IMG/VR virus record: IMGVR_UViG_3300047510_002037
Coordinates: 20,700-84,699 of that record
DNA length: 64,000 bases
Direction: 5' to 3' (one strand)
DNA from: a virus
In this document: in pieces, positions 29,301 through 40,400 of the stretch
Numbering within the stretch: the first letter of the stretch is position 1
Layout: every line of letters begins with the position of its first letter
Translations under genes and position numbers: made by a program
The notes under the pieces: model-generated
The model's database searches: none
Told to the model about the DNA's origin: nothing
Seen by the model: the letters and a program-made list of their open reading frames with translations, nothing else

Positions 29301-32300
29301 TGCATCTCCAATAAACAAATTAGCAGTATCGCTTTCTAATAGTGAAAGTGATGTATAAAACTCTAAGTTTTTTATTCTATTCTCTAAGTCACGGATATCT
29401 TTCATTTGATATCTCTTATATTCAGCTAAATTAATATTAGCTTGAGATACGTCGCAGAGATATGCTGGTAATGATATTGTAGCAATTTCCAGTGATTCTG
29501 GTTTTCCTAAAGGAATTCTTGGATTTTCGGATGCTTCACCCTGAACTAAATGAAATTGTCCGGTTCTATCTAAAAATATTCTATCTATTCTTGGAAGATA
29601 ATATGAATAATTTAGAACAATAGATTCATCAGATGTAGCTATCGGATTTGTTGCTGAATTGTTATAATCAGCATCAATCCTTCTTCCAAAAAATTCAAAT
29701 GAAGAGAATGCGTTTTCCTGTACTATGTACTCATTAACTCTTGGCCTGATATCGATTATATCAGAATGTCGGATACCATTAGTTGATGGTATATCACAAT
29801 AATCATAATCAGAATAAGAATTTACTGTTGTAATATCACCATCATCAGATGTATTATAAGTTGCGTGCTCAAAATATATTTTTAATTTTCTAGTTGGCTC
29901 TTTTGCATTTGGTTTTCTAACTAATCTCGAATAATCATATAGTGTTGATCTATAACCCGAATCTAAAGTAAAATCGGAAGTTATATCATTATCAGAACCT
30001 GTTAGTGTTACAATTGTTCCCTGAACATTGCTATTCTTAAAGGTTACTCTTTCCCCTTCAGTAAAGGATATTGTATTTAAATATATAAATCCTATTCTGG
30101 AATCTGATATCCTTTCAGCATATATTGCTAAAGCACCACTTGTGCTTCCTAAAAATTCTTCTCCAATAAGAAGATCGGTTGTTTTTGCTGTATTTCCACT
30201 AAGGTTTGTTATAACCATTTTACGAATATCTGGTTCAGCAGTATCATCCGATTGATACACACCGTATATTTTTGTAACATCTGGCCAATTTAATGATATT
30301 TCCTCATCCTGAACTCTAGATCCATATGGGAAATTACCAAACTGAAGTCCATCATTACTTGTAGTTGTTCCTATACCAGAATAGGAATACTTTGATTTAT
30401 CTATTATAATAGATTTTATTTTATTTTTTATTTTTTTCTTAGATTTTACCTTTGTTTTCGTTAATGTTGCTAATAAGGTTCCCGTAACATTCGTACCTAA
30501 TCCAACAATTGTTACTTCCCTATTTCCATCAGAAAATGCAAACTTATCTGAACTAAGTGGTTCTATAGTTCCATCATCTCTTGTTAAAACATATCTTTCT
30601 TCATCAAAAGGAAGAAAAATTCCATTACTTCCAGCTGAAATTGTATTAGTTTGATTATTTGTTATAGAAACGTCAAAAGATTTCTTTACAGTCAGAGAAC
30701 CATCGAGAACATCTACATTTGAAACGAATCTCTTTGGTAATGTTGTGTATAAAGTGCTATCGAGAGAATTTTGCAGAGAAGATTTTAGTACTCTAAAATC
30801 TGATGGTGTTATTTGTGATGCGGGTAGAATTCCATTGCATAGTCCAGTAACAGTTTGAACCGAACTAATTGTTATTGTATTTGTAGAAACACTTACTACT
30901 TTAGAGTATGTTATATCCTGATAGGATGGATTTGAATAGGCAACAATATTTCCTTCAAAAACATTATTAGTAAATGAATAATTAGAAGATCTTACTGTGG
31001 ATATACCTCCACTAGATGGAGTAATCGTTACTTGCCCAACATTTAGTGCAGGAGACTGCAATACATCAGCTGTAAATGGATATCCATTATCATTTAGTGC
31101 ATATATGGATTTTACATCAGATACAGAATACTGTTTTGTCGAAGTTGTTACTCTAGTATCCTCTATACCATCATATATCAATTTTTCTCCAATAGAAAAT
31201 TTACCCCTTACATTGTAAGCAGTGATAATACCTGAATTTGTTACTGAATATCTTAGGAAAGCGGTTGCCCCACTTGCTTTTCCTTTGATATGAGTTGGTA
31301 CTTGTAAAGATAATGGCTCATTAATTGTAATATCAACATATGGATGGATGTCATATAATGATACATCCCATTGATTTAAGTCTGGGAATGCCGCATTGTA
31401 ACTTCCGGATTCTAATGCATAATCATATATTCTACATATACCAATTTCTTTACCTGGAGCAGTTGACTGAGATGCTCCCACTCTTTCATCTCTAAGAGAT
31501 AAGAAGAACGATGTTGATAAACCTAATGTTGGACTACCATATACTCTATTTACAGTAAATGTTGGCCCAGTGTAATTAATTACACCTTGATTGTTTAATG
31601 TTCTAATGGTTCTTGGTTTTTCAAAATCTAATAAAACCGGAGAAATTACATCAACTTCATATCCCTTTATATAAGCTTTTAACGGAGATATTTTGTATAT
31701 TCCCTTATTATCTGATGGTTTGAAACCCATATCAGTGGATTCTGTTTCAAAATATAAACCATCATTACCTTTTCTATTATTTAAGGAATGTCTCACAAAT
31801 AATGAAGGTGCTTTTACATAAAAATCACCTGATTGGTCATAGGTTCTTCTGGCTAGTTCATCTGCAATTTTGGTATATTCTGTATCTCTATTCTGAGTTA
31901 TTAGCACTCCATTCCTAACTTCCATTATTTGGACAAATTTTTCCAAATTGGTGGAATTAAGTGGTAATTTTATTAGTTCTGCCGTTATTGAAAATCTATC
32001 TGCTCCAGGTGCAGAAAAATTTGTAAATCCTTGGGCGTTGTCTACTAGGTTATCGTCATCATTATATGTTACAATTTCTTCACTTATTTCAAAACCAATT
32101 TTATATGATGGTTGATTTGTATATTGATCTAGAAGTAAGAATTCACTATCTACACTAACAAAATGCCCTCTAAGATAATATACGCCATCTTCAATTTTAA
32201 CACCAGATCCAATTCCATTTGGATTTCCTTCAACAGTTAGAGCAACTCTAGATCCAGGTTGAAATACTATTGGATTTTCCAAATCAGGATCAATTCCATC

Positions 32301-32813
32301 ATCCTCATTTTCTGCTGTTGAATCATCAGTAGTGTCTGATGTATCAACTAGTTCTTCCACAATAATTGCTTCATTTGGAGCAAAACCAGTGAAAGATGAT
32401 GATCTGCTATCAGAACTTAAAAATGATATGTATAGTGTATTAATATTCCTAGTTGAATCATCTTCGGGAAGTATTCCCATTACAACTGCTCTTATTCCAC
32501 TCTTAGCTCCTCGTATTGTTTTATTCAATAAAGAATACATGTAGGAATCAATGGGAGTTCCAAGATAACTTGCCTGAAGTAATACGCAAGGTAAATCTTG
32601 AATATAAGTCGCTCCGCCACCAGTAACTAATGACCCTTCCTTGAAGAAATGATTTCCAAACTCTTCAATCTGACTTTGCAGCATAGACTGCAAAGTAGTT
32701 AATTCTCTAGCTTGAACTGGATATCCAGGTTTGAATAAAACTTTATGATAATTATTGTCTCTTTTGAAATCGTCAAAATATGGAGAGATATTTAAGTCTA
32801 GTTCTTGTGGCAT
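26352..32813 (-). CDS. N-terminal part of DUF4815/VrlC-like virion protein fused to a Hint domain, a basic region, a Pro-Arg repeat and an S74 N-fragment
   Basis: MPQ..DLNISPYFDDF...KVLFKPGYPVQARELT; NRFKSGFFVDDF; follows g8. Confidence 0.85.
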   Translation of the reverse strand: MPQELDLNISPYFDDFKRDNNYHKVLFKPGYPVQARELTTLQSMLQSQIEEFGNHFFKEGSLVTGGGATYIQDLPCVLLQASYLGTPIDSYMYSLLNKTIRGAKSGIRAVVMGILPEDDSTRNINTLYISFLSSDSRSSSFTGFAPNEAIIVEELVDTSDTTDDSTAENEDDGIDPDLENPIVFQPGSRVALTVEGNPNGIGSGVKIEDGVYYLRGHFVSVDSEFLLLDQYTNQPSYKIGFEISEEIVTYNDDDNLVDNAQGFTNFSAPGADRFSITAELIKLPLNSTNLEKFVQIMEVRNGVLITQNRDTEYTKIADELARRTYDQSGDFYVKAPSLFVRHSLNNRKGNDGLYFETESTDMGFKPSDNKGIYKISPLKAYIKGYEVDVISPVLLDFEKPRTIRTLNNQGVINYTGPTFTVNRVYGSPTLGLSTSFFLSLRDERVGASQSTAPGKEIGICRIYDYALESGSYNAAFPDLNQWDVSLYDIHPYVDITINEPLSLQVPTHIKGKASGATAFLRYSVTNSGIITAYNVRGKFSIGEKLIYDGIEDTRVTTSTKQYSVSDVKSIYALNDNGYPFTADVLQSPALNVGQVTITPSSGGISTVRSSNYSFTNNVFEGNIVAYSNPSYQDITYSKVVSVSTNTITISSVQTVTGLCNGILPASQITPSDFRVLKSSLQNSLDSTLYTTLPKRFVSNVDVLDGSLTVKKSFDVSITNNQTNTISAGSNGIFLPFDEERYVLTRDDGTIEPLSSDKFAFSDGNREVTIVGLGTNVTGTLLATLTKTKVKSKKKIKNKIKSIIIDKSKYSYSGIGTTTSNDGLQFGNFPYGSRVQDEEISLNWPDVTKIYGVYQSDDTAEPDIRKMVITNLSGNTAKTTDLLIGEEFLGSTSGALAIYAERISDSRIGFIYLNTISFTEGERVTFKNSNVQGTIVTLTGSDNDITSDFTLDSGYRSTLYDYSRLVRKPNAKEPTRKLKIYFEHATYNTSDDGDITTVNSYSDYDYCDIPSTNGIRHSDIIDIRPRVNEYIVQENAFSSFEFFGRRIDADYNNSATNPIATSDESIVLNYSYYLPRIDRIFLDRTGQFHLVQGEASENPRIPLGKPESLEIATISLPAYLCDVSQANINLAEYKRYQMKDIRDLENRIKNLEFYTSLSLLESDTANLFIGDANGLNRFKSGFFVDDFSSAEPQLKVTDVKNSIDTKLGELRPAPFTTQIDLVLGTENTLGISTSPAQTSDLRFDQNLIGRGVKRTGQLVTLQYEEVAYITQGYASRVAPVTSFRNAYYAGSIQLVPSSDVWADQVKLTPRVIDVQGKYTKTQSQLTASQFNQQTGFGPVTWGAWETVWTGSTKIPAGSRTVVNGYDLIREDLAVTQKTGTSTKTGVAYKERESFESIKVGEVTVSSDLIPAMRSRNIEFTAKRLKPLTEVYAFFDKVDVNRYIVPKLLEIQMVSGVFQVGENVKTLNTSPIQSGNGITPLEDKFIRFRVAAAAHKYGPYNVPEDIFITNPYNTSTLVPDTYSSSSTILNVDTFSLSNKTQGDYYGYVTVGMTLVGETSKAVATVSRIRMVTDRNGTLIGSFFIPNPNVPSNPTFETGTKLFRITSQEKNVTVIGVPVTGAEEKFYAEGTVKVVQESVLSVRNVQTETATIVDTRTDVSVGPPEVVASTVVGNIKPPPPQVVPIFIPAPYDGGEVDPDEIDEIINTIINDPEPAPPPAVYPTREPSPSDPTPRGSTATPVSPNDPKRDPPPPCPDPNCLILLADGTQKKAGELQIGDFVKTYHENTFEYGDYQVTYVEIVNNVTKFKLKFETSEIICSDSHKFYVDGLWKECKNMQIGDVVSEQKLLEIEQVDDGDVVKITVDDAHTYICEGLLSHNKTPVQETPKTFKVKNVTRSRGGVTAVTYVPFTTKNGKTREYNFRQIKKREGAAAAREAYKDAGVPIPPKNAPGRGKPAKPTGGDKKTSNVVTVQDKNGNLRIKDSSVPGGKVLKTLKPGTPKFDKFDVNDDGKISGKKENSLVITQTPKAAKRVTDRGEVKFEQRGFPVVQPRPQPRPEPRPSPRPSPPPAPRPSPRPQPAPAPRPSPRPAPAPAPRPSPRPAPAPAPRPSPRPSPRPSPAPSGGMGMSDINLKSNIQPIDNALNRLFSINLNNGVLS
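26465..26680. repeat. GC-rich coding tandem repeat (12-bp and 36-bp units) encoding PRPSPRPAPAPA
   Basis: Unit ggacgtggtgatggacgtggcgctggcgcaggcgct repeated, plus shorter degenerate units. Confidence 0.95.
27189..27563 (-). other. Hint (intein-like/BIL) autoprocessing domain, residues 1751-1875
   Basis: C1-PDPNCLILLADG...ELQIGD; block B CSDSHKF; block F/G VVKITVDDAHTYICEGLLSHN, followed by Lys. Confidence 0.88.
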
Positions 32814-32824
32814 GGTGTTTTAAC

Positions 32825-34381
32825 TTAGAATTGCAAAATAACCTTAATGTCTTCTTTTTGGCTTTTTGATCTTGTGATCGAAGGTCTGTTATCTACATAA
32901 ATTATTTCACCTGAGTATTTCTTAACTTCTGGTTGAGAAATTCCCTCTTCAAAAAACTGGCCAAGGTTGTATGTCTTATTATTTATCGTGGTAGTTATCC
33001 CAGTAAAATCAACATCTATTGATAGATTACTTGATCCACCCTTAACAATTATCTCTCCCCCATCATCAGGAACGTCAGTAAATCTATTTAAGTTATATCC
33101 ATAAGTAGGGATTTTTTGACTACCATCACTATTAAATCCAACTAAGGATTTATCCTGCCAGTATTTTAAAACTCCAGTTGCATCATCATAAGAAACAACC
33201 CTACCAACAGCAGTACTTCCGACACCAATAGTCTGTGTTACAAAAGAATCTGGAGAAAAAGTAGTAAAGCTATATGCAATTCCTGTTAATTTTAATGCAT
33301 ATAGAGCACTGACCTTATCAAGATTTAATAAAGTTTCAGAAGAACCAGATACTAATGGATTTCTAACGATTCCAACACGAGAAATTTGATTTCCTACTAT
33401 AAAATCTGGATTTTCAGTATCATTTTCAATCCTAGTATACATTAGAACATTGGTTGCTCCCAATTCTCTATAGATGTCGTAACCATGTCCTCCAGTTGGT
33501 GGTATAATAACATCAAACTCTGGTGTAGTAATTCCTGGTGGAAATGTAGTTGCAGTTAAATCAACTCTTCCATGTGTATATCCATATCCACCATCAGAGA
33601 TAAAAATATCTTCAACTTTTGCATCATTGTTTACTATAATTGTTGCTTTAGCACCAAATCCATCACCTTTTACTGGAATATTTGTATAAGTAATACCTCC
33701 TGTTCCAAGTCCAACACCTCTATTTTTAATTGTAATTATTTTTAATTGTCCACTAGATTGTGCGTTCTGTCTTATTGGATCATTAACAATATCAGTTTCC
33801 CAATTTTTTGGAACTGGTATGAAATTAACAGAATCGAATTTTACAATATCTGATGGTTTAATAGTATAAAGATATTTCCAAATATACCCATCTCCACTAT
33901 CCCCAGCAGACTTTGGTTCCAAATCAGTAAATAATGGTTCATCTAGAGATGGTTTTCCTTCAGGTGTTTCTGGAGTTGTACCATTTTGCAAGCAAATATA
34001 AACTCTATAATCACTATTCATCACATAAAAATTGGATGAATACAAATTTGTTGCGTTTGATGGTTTTGCTAAGTTATTCCTACTGATATCATGCCTATAC
34101 ATGTCGTAAGTAGTACCAGAATTCCAAGTTATTTTCCTTATAACCTGTCTGATATCATCAGCATTTATCTTTTTCAAGGCAATCATAGTATCCCATATAT
34201 CAGACTCCTGTTCAAAAGAGTCTCTAGGGGATGGTGGATTTGAGTCCCAACTGGAGGAATAATCAGTTGGATTAGCTAATCCCAAAAAAGCATAAAATTT
34301 ATTATTTTCTGAGTCCTCGGCAAGGGACACGAAATTTTTTGCATTTAATATTCTAATTTGATCAGTTATTATTGCAGCCAT
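32825..34381 (-). CDS. g8: Baseplate wedge subunit gp8
   Basis: MAAIITDQIRILNA.NF, YRVYICL.NG, DGYIWKYLYTI, YVDNRPSITRS..QKEDIKVILQF. Confidence 0.92.
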   Translation of the reverse strand: MAAIITDQIRILNAKNFVSLAEDSENNKFYAFLGLANPTDYSSSWDSNPPSPRDSFEQESDIWDTMIALKKINADDIRQVIRKITWNSGTTYDMYRHDISRNNLAKPSNATNLYSSNFYVMNSDYRVYICLQNGTTPETPEGKPSLDEPLFTDLEPKSAGDSGDGYIWKYLYTIKPSDIVKFDSVNFIPVPKNWETDIVNDPIRQNAQSSGQLKIITIKNRGVGLGTGGITYTNIPVKGDGFGAKATIIVNNDAKVEDIFISDGGYGYTHGRVDLTATTFPPGITTPEFDVIIPPTGGHGYDIYRELGATNVLMYTRIENDTENPDFIVGNQISRVGIVRNPLVSGSSETLLNLDKVSALYALKLTGIAYSFTTFSPDSFVTQTIGVGSTAVGRVVSYDDATGVLKYWQDKSLVGFNSDGSQKIPTYGYNLNRFTDVPDDGGEIIVKGGSSNLSIDVDFTGITTTINNKTYNLGQFFEEGISQPEVKKYSGEIIYVDNRPSITRSKSQKEDIKVILQF

Positions 34382-34404
34382 TTCTAGTAATTTTTGTTAA
34401 TTAT

Positions 34405-37400
34405 TTATGATAGGTAATTTATAGATTTTAGAGCATTAGTTCTTCTTACTATTGGGGAAGTTGAAATTCCCAATAATCCATTGTCTTTATATATTGAATA
34501 TTCTTCTGGATTTGGTCTAATTAAATTAGATACCTTACCCCAAGTATATTCTCCAAAAAATTCTCTTGATAAGAACTCATTAATTACTAATCCATTTAGA
34601 TCTTCTATAGGAGCAATAACTTTTATCCTATCAACAACTATTAAAGTTCCTTCTTCGGTAACAGTTACGGAAGAACCACTTCCTATAGCAAATGATGCAT
34701 ATCTAGCAGTATCGGAAATTATCTCAGAAACATTTACTTGATATGGTTCAAGATCAATACCAGCAACTTGATATACATTATCAATGAATTGATTTCCTGT
34801 AACCAATGCATTCCCACTAATATCTAAGGAAGTAACTCCAAAACCAATATTAGTTGAGTTGATTACAAAATAATCACCAATTTGAATAGTACTTTGATCA
34901 TATATCTCACCAACAACACTAGCATCTCTAAGTGGAGAATTTTCATCAATGAATAATTCAAATACCAGTGCAGTTGATCCCACCCCTATAGATGTTGTAC
35001 CAATTCCACTAATAAATCCAAAATCTCCAGAATATTCTACTTGATATGCAACTTCACTCTTAGATAGTGGTGGTGATATTAAAACTAATGGTGGATTATT
35101 ATCATCATATCCACTACCACCATCATTAATTGATATAAAATCGACCTTACCATCAACAATTACAGCTGTTGCCGAAGCGGTATTTATACCACTCTTTGGA
35201 GAATGTATTGATACTGTTGGTATGGTTGTATATCCAAATCCTTTATCTTGTATATTAATACTAGTAACTATTCCAGAAGTAACTGATGCTAAAGCATATG
35301 CAGATTTAGTATCATCTTGTGTTACTATATCTACAACATTAGTATATGTTTCTGGCGCATTTTCTTTTTTATCGTCAAAGAAAGTTTTTAAACTTTCTAC
35401 ATAAACAAAAGTGCTACCAATACTTATATCAGAAATAATATTTGTAAATGGATTTATTTGAGCTTCATATAAGTCTCTTGATTTGGGAATAATTTGACCA
35501 TCTACGATAAGATCATTCTTTTGTCTACACCAGTTAACTGGTCTCTCTAAGAATGGATTCTGAATTATACCCTCTCCACCATATGGGAATGTCTCCACAG
35601 AATCTGTAGCTGTAATATCTTTAACAGACCGTTCGGATTGATTTTCTTCAATGAAATCACTATGCAATCTTAATCTATCCCCAGGTTTTACTGTTTCTAG
35701 AATATCTACATCCCTAACATCAATCGACCCCGTTCCTCTATAGAACAGTATCTTCGCAGTGTTTCCTGGTTTTGGTGGTTCTGGGAAACGTATAATACTT
35801 CCTCCCTTAAATATGTAACCAATTCCAGGAACTTGTAATATATCATTGATGAATACCAATAGAGTTGACTGAACATCAATCAGAGAACCAGTTTTTGATT
35901 TAATAGACTTTTGTATTCCATTGATTTTTATTGGGAATCTTGTTCTAAATCCATTAAATAGAGGACTTATATCATCCAAAACTGCAATATCACCTATTGT
36001 CCATCCAGTAAATTCGTCAGTATCTGTATCTGCTACAGTTACTTCAAAATTTTCAAAATTCTGTGTTGTTGGTAATGATAAAGTTGGATTTGAGTATGGA
36101 GACTGTATCGTTGGTGCATATGCTGTTCCAAGTCCAATAATTGTAGTTATTATACCAACATAATTTCCTATGGTATACCAAACATCCGAGCAACAATTTT
36201 CGTCATATAATGAAGGACTGCATGATTCATCAAAATCAATGGATAAATCTTTAATCTGAGAAATAGATGATATACCAGATTGATATGATACTGGAACCGT
36301 TACGTTGTTTATGATATATTGTGATATATTGGTAATATAATTATAACCTGCTATTGTTTCAGTCTTTTCACCATCAATATATGATGTACCACCAGCTCCG
36401 ATGTAGTATGCAAATCCAGCTTGAACGCTATAATAGTTACCACCAAAGGCTAAGTCATTTGAAATTGCATCTACAACATAACCAATATCTCTCTTACAAA
36501 TACTTTCATCATAATCAGTGCTGGTCAAAATTCCTGGATAGGTATTTGTGATGAATCCTACCACTTCATTCTTAATAAATTCTTTGTTTACTGATAGTAG
36601 ATTTGCACCATCAAGTAATCTACCTCTATACTCTCTTGGTATACCAGTAGTTCCACCAACAGCAACTGTTAATATATTATTGATTTCATATCCAAAACCT
36701 GGATCTATTATTTCAAAATCAATAACACTAGAACCTTGTCCTACAACAACATTAACTCTAGCATTTTGACCCGTTGTTTTTCCAATTGAAGTTGTGGAAT
36801 ATTCTAAATCAATATTTGAGTATGATAATGGGTCATCAAAGACGACTTCTGGTGGATTTGATGATGTGTATCCAGATCCTGGATTTGTAATTGCTACACT
36901 TACAATTCTTCCATAACTTATTGACGCAATACCAATCTTATTATAACCATCAGAATAGTTAGTTGAAGTTCTTACTCCAACATTTACAGTTTGTATTCCA
37001 GAACGATAACCAGATCCAACATTGGTGATATAAATTGATTGAATAGTTCCCGAAGCAGATACAACAGCAGTACCAGCAGCTGCTACAAGAGTTTGATATC
37101 CAAATCCACCTACAGATCCAACTGCAGTAATTTTTCCGGATACTGGTAGTCCTGTTACTGAGATGTCCAAACCATCAGAATAAGAATTACCATCAAAATA
37201 AATTGTAGTTGAATCATTTTCTTCACCAAGATAATAGTTTCCAGTAACACTAACCACACCGGTGCGTATAGGTGATTGGAATATATCTTTAACAGTAATC
37301 AGTGCATTACTTTGTTCTATTCCAGTTATATTTTCACCATCTACAGTCAATGTAAACGCTGTTGTTATTCCATTAAATTGATCTTGTATTCCATCAAAAA

Positions 37401-40400
37401 CATAATTTCTTGAATATGGTTCTTCTGTCCCATCAACTATTCCAGATCTCATAAATGTTCTTCCGCTAAAAGTGGAATTTGTTGTAATTCCTGTCCAATC
37501 TCTAGAGTCTGGTCTATTTTCAGGAGATCCTAATGGATACTTACCATAAGGAGCCGATGCAAAGTTAATTACATTATCTACAATATTATAGTTTCCGACA
37601 ACTTTTATTATTAAATCACCGGCAGAATGATTTTGTAATGATGTTCCAAGCCATGGTCTATTAACGTATATTTGAGTGGAAGTTGTTCCATATCCAACTA
37701 TAGCAACTCTCATTAACTCATCATTTATTTTTATGAAATCGCCAGATTTGAAAAATTCTACGTTATTTGATACGTTAATAATATCATCTGTAGTAAGAAT
37801 ATTGTACGCAAGGGTTGTTGTTGTTGCAGTAGATACAATTGGAGATTGTATCATATTGTCAATAGAGATTAATGCCTTTGCATTTTGCTTTTCGGCAGTA
37901 ATATAATGCTCAGAACCAAAACCAACAGAAGTTATTGTTAAAACTTCCGGTACTAACTTTAATGCATTTTGAGCAGAGGATGCAAATTTAACATTAAGAT
38001 CAGTTTCTTTTACAATATAAAGATCTTCTGGTAATTTATCAGTCAATCCAATACCAGAAATAGTAGTAGTTGCTATTCCTATGGGCTCATTAAAGATCTC
38101 ATATGAATATTTTACTTTTTCTCCAGTAACAAAGAAATGTTGTGGAAGTTGTACTAAATTATTTGCAACGTCAATTATGTCTGAAGATTCTCCATTAAAT
38201 TTCTTTTGGAATATTGGATTCCCTTTGTGGAATAACTCAAAAGATTTTCTAATTGCACTCTCAGTTCCTTCATATTCGCCATATCCAGTAGATACTCGTG
38301 CATTATTCAAATCTATCTCATTATTCAAGTTAAATGTATCAACTATTCCTATAGTGTTTACATATACCCTAACCTCACAGTCTATTTCAGAATCTGCAGT
38401 GAAATAAATTTCTGTTGTAGATCCATTTAGAAAAGAAGTAATAATACCAATTTCACCATTAGTGGTTAATACTCCAAATTCAGAGTTATATGCTGAATTA
38501 TCATCAGATGCAACTACACATTCTGAAATTTGATATCTTTCATTAGTTAAGTCTTCAATACTTACAATTAAATATGCTCCATTATAATCATAGAATCCAG
38601 CATCAAACTCCGCAATCTTAGTTGGTGAAGTGCTAGAAGTTGTAGATATACCAACATATTCGGAATTTAACTGAGAGGTGTTTAATGTTATTGATCCCTC
38701 TTCAATAAATCCTGATGCAGAGCTTGCTATAGACACTTGTAACGTGTTTACATCAGCATCTAACAATATATTTGGTATCAAATCGACTACTAAGTTTCCT
38801 GAACTTATATAAGCATTATATGTCCCAATACCCGAAACAGATTCTTCTGAGAATGATTCGGTTGTAATTTGACCATAATCTATAATCTCAACATTAGTTC
38901 CATCATGAATAACAGTAATTTCGTCGAATTCAAATATATTTGACGAATCTTCAATCTGAACTAGAATTTTAGTTGCTCTGTAATCTAGAGGTATTGATGC
39001 TATTGTTGTGGTTATACCTGCATTTAATGGAGTAAAAGTACTATTAACCTTAACAATATTACCAATCGAGGTGTTTCCTACTCCAGAAATGTAATCTTTA
39101 ACGTCATAACTTACAAAACTAAGATCATAATTATTAACTCTAAACTTGACTGGATAGAAAAGTAATCTAGCTTCATCGCCAAAAATATCAAAATCGAAAG
39201 ATCCTAATATTGGACCAGTTTCAACTCTACCATATTGGTTTATGTATGTTTGACCTCCATCATGAATAAAAGTAACAAGGTATACTTGTCTTTCTGAAGT
39301 AAATCTTTTATCCCTAGCGAAAATTAAGAACTTTCTTGATCTTATCTGTTCTAGTTTAAATGTTGTTACAACACTGTATGGATTTGGTCTTGGTCTATCA
39401 TTAAAATATTCACTAACATCATCAATTACTAATACTCTATTTCCAATAGATTCCTCATAATCCTGAAGATCTCTACTATTAAATATCATTCCATTAGATA
39501 TTAATTTTGCTCCGATTGTTTCTGTTTCATCAATAGCAATATCGAAATCATATACACAATCTAAATCTACTACTTCTGATATGAAAGCAATTGATAAGAA
39601 ATCGCCACTGTCTTGAGATGTTGATATTCCTGAGAAAGATAAATCAGAGGTTTCAATTACTAAATCACTAAACTTTTTAAATCCAGATAGATGGTTTAAT
39701 GAATTAACAGTAGTGTCCCAATTTTGGAGTGGAATTCTTGATTTAATTGAATATGAGAAATTCTGATAATAATCTCCATCTTGAATTTTTTGGAAAGAAT
39801 TATTTAAAAATCCAGTTTCATCTTTCCATCCAGAGACTACAACAGAGGTTGCATCAACATTATATACCAGTTCATTGGTTGCTATCTCAGTAATTTCTGC
39901 AACTGATCCACTCTTTGATCCTACAACACGTTCTCCTAGTAAATATGAATCTATAGTAGTAACTTTCAATAATTCATTAATTTTATCCCATCTAGAAACT
40001 CTTCCTACAACCTTACTCGTCAAACCAGTTATCTCTTCACCTTCAATAAAATCATTCTGCTTTATTGTTGCTGTAAAAATTGGAAAATGCTTTTCTAAAA
40101 CAACTATTCCACTGGAAGTTACCAAATCATATTGGCCTAAAATTTCATCACTAGAAACATAGTCTTGCATACTATAAGTTATAGTTGCATTTGAACCTCC
40201 AATATTTGGATCAATACTCAGGATCTTGAATAAATTATAGTTAAATTCTGATGAATTAAATCCTCTACCCAAACTTCCTAAAGTACTTGTTTTACATCCT
40301 TCTATCAGGATGTTATCATTTACTTGGAATGGAAAATCATTTAAAGAGCTAAAACTAGTCCTAAAAGTAACCGTTACAATTTTAGTACTAAAGTTAAAAA

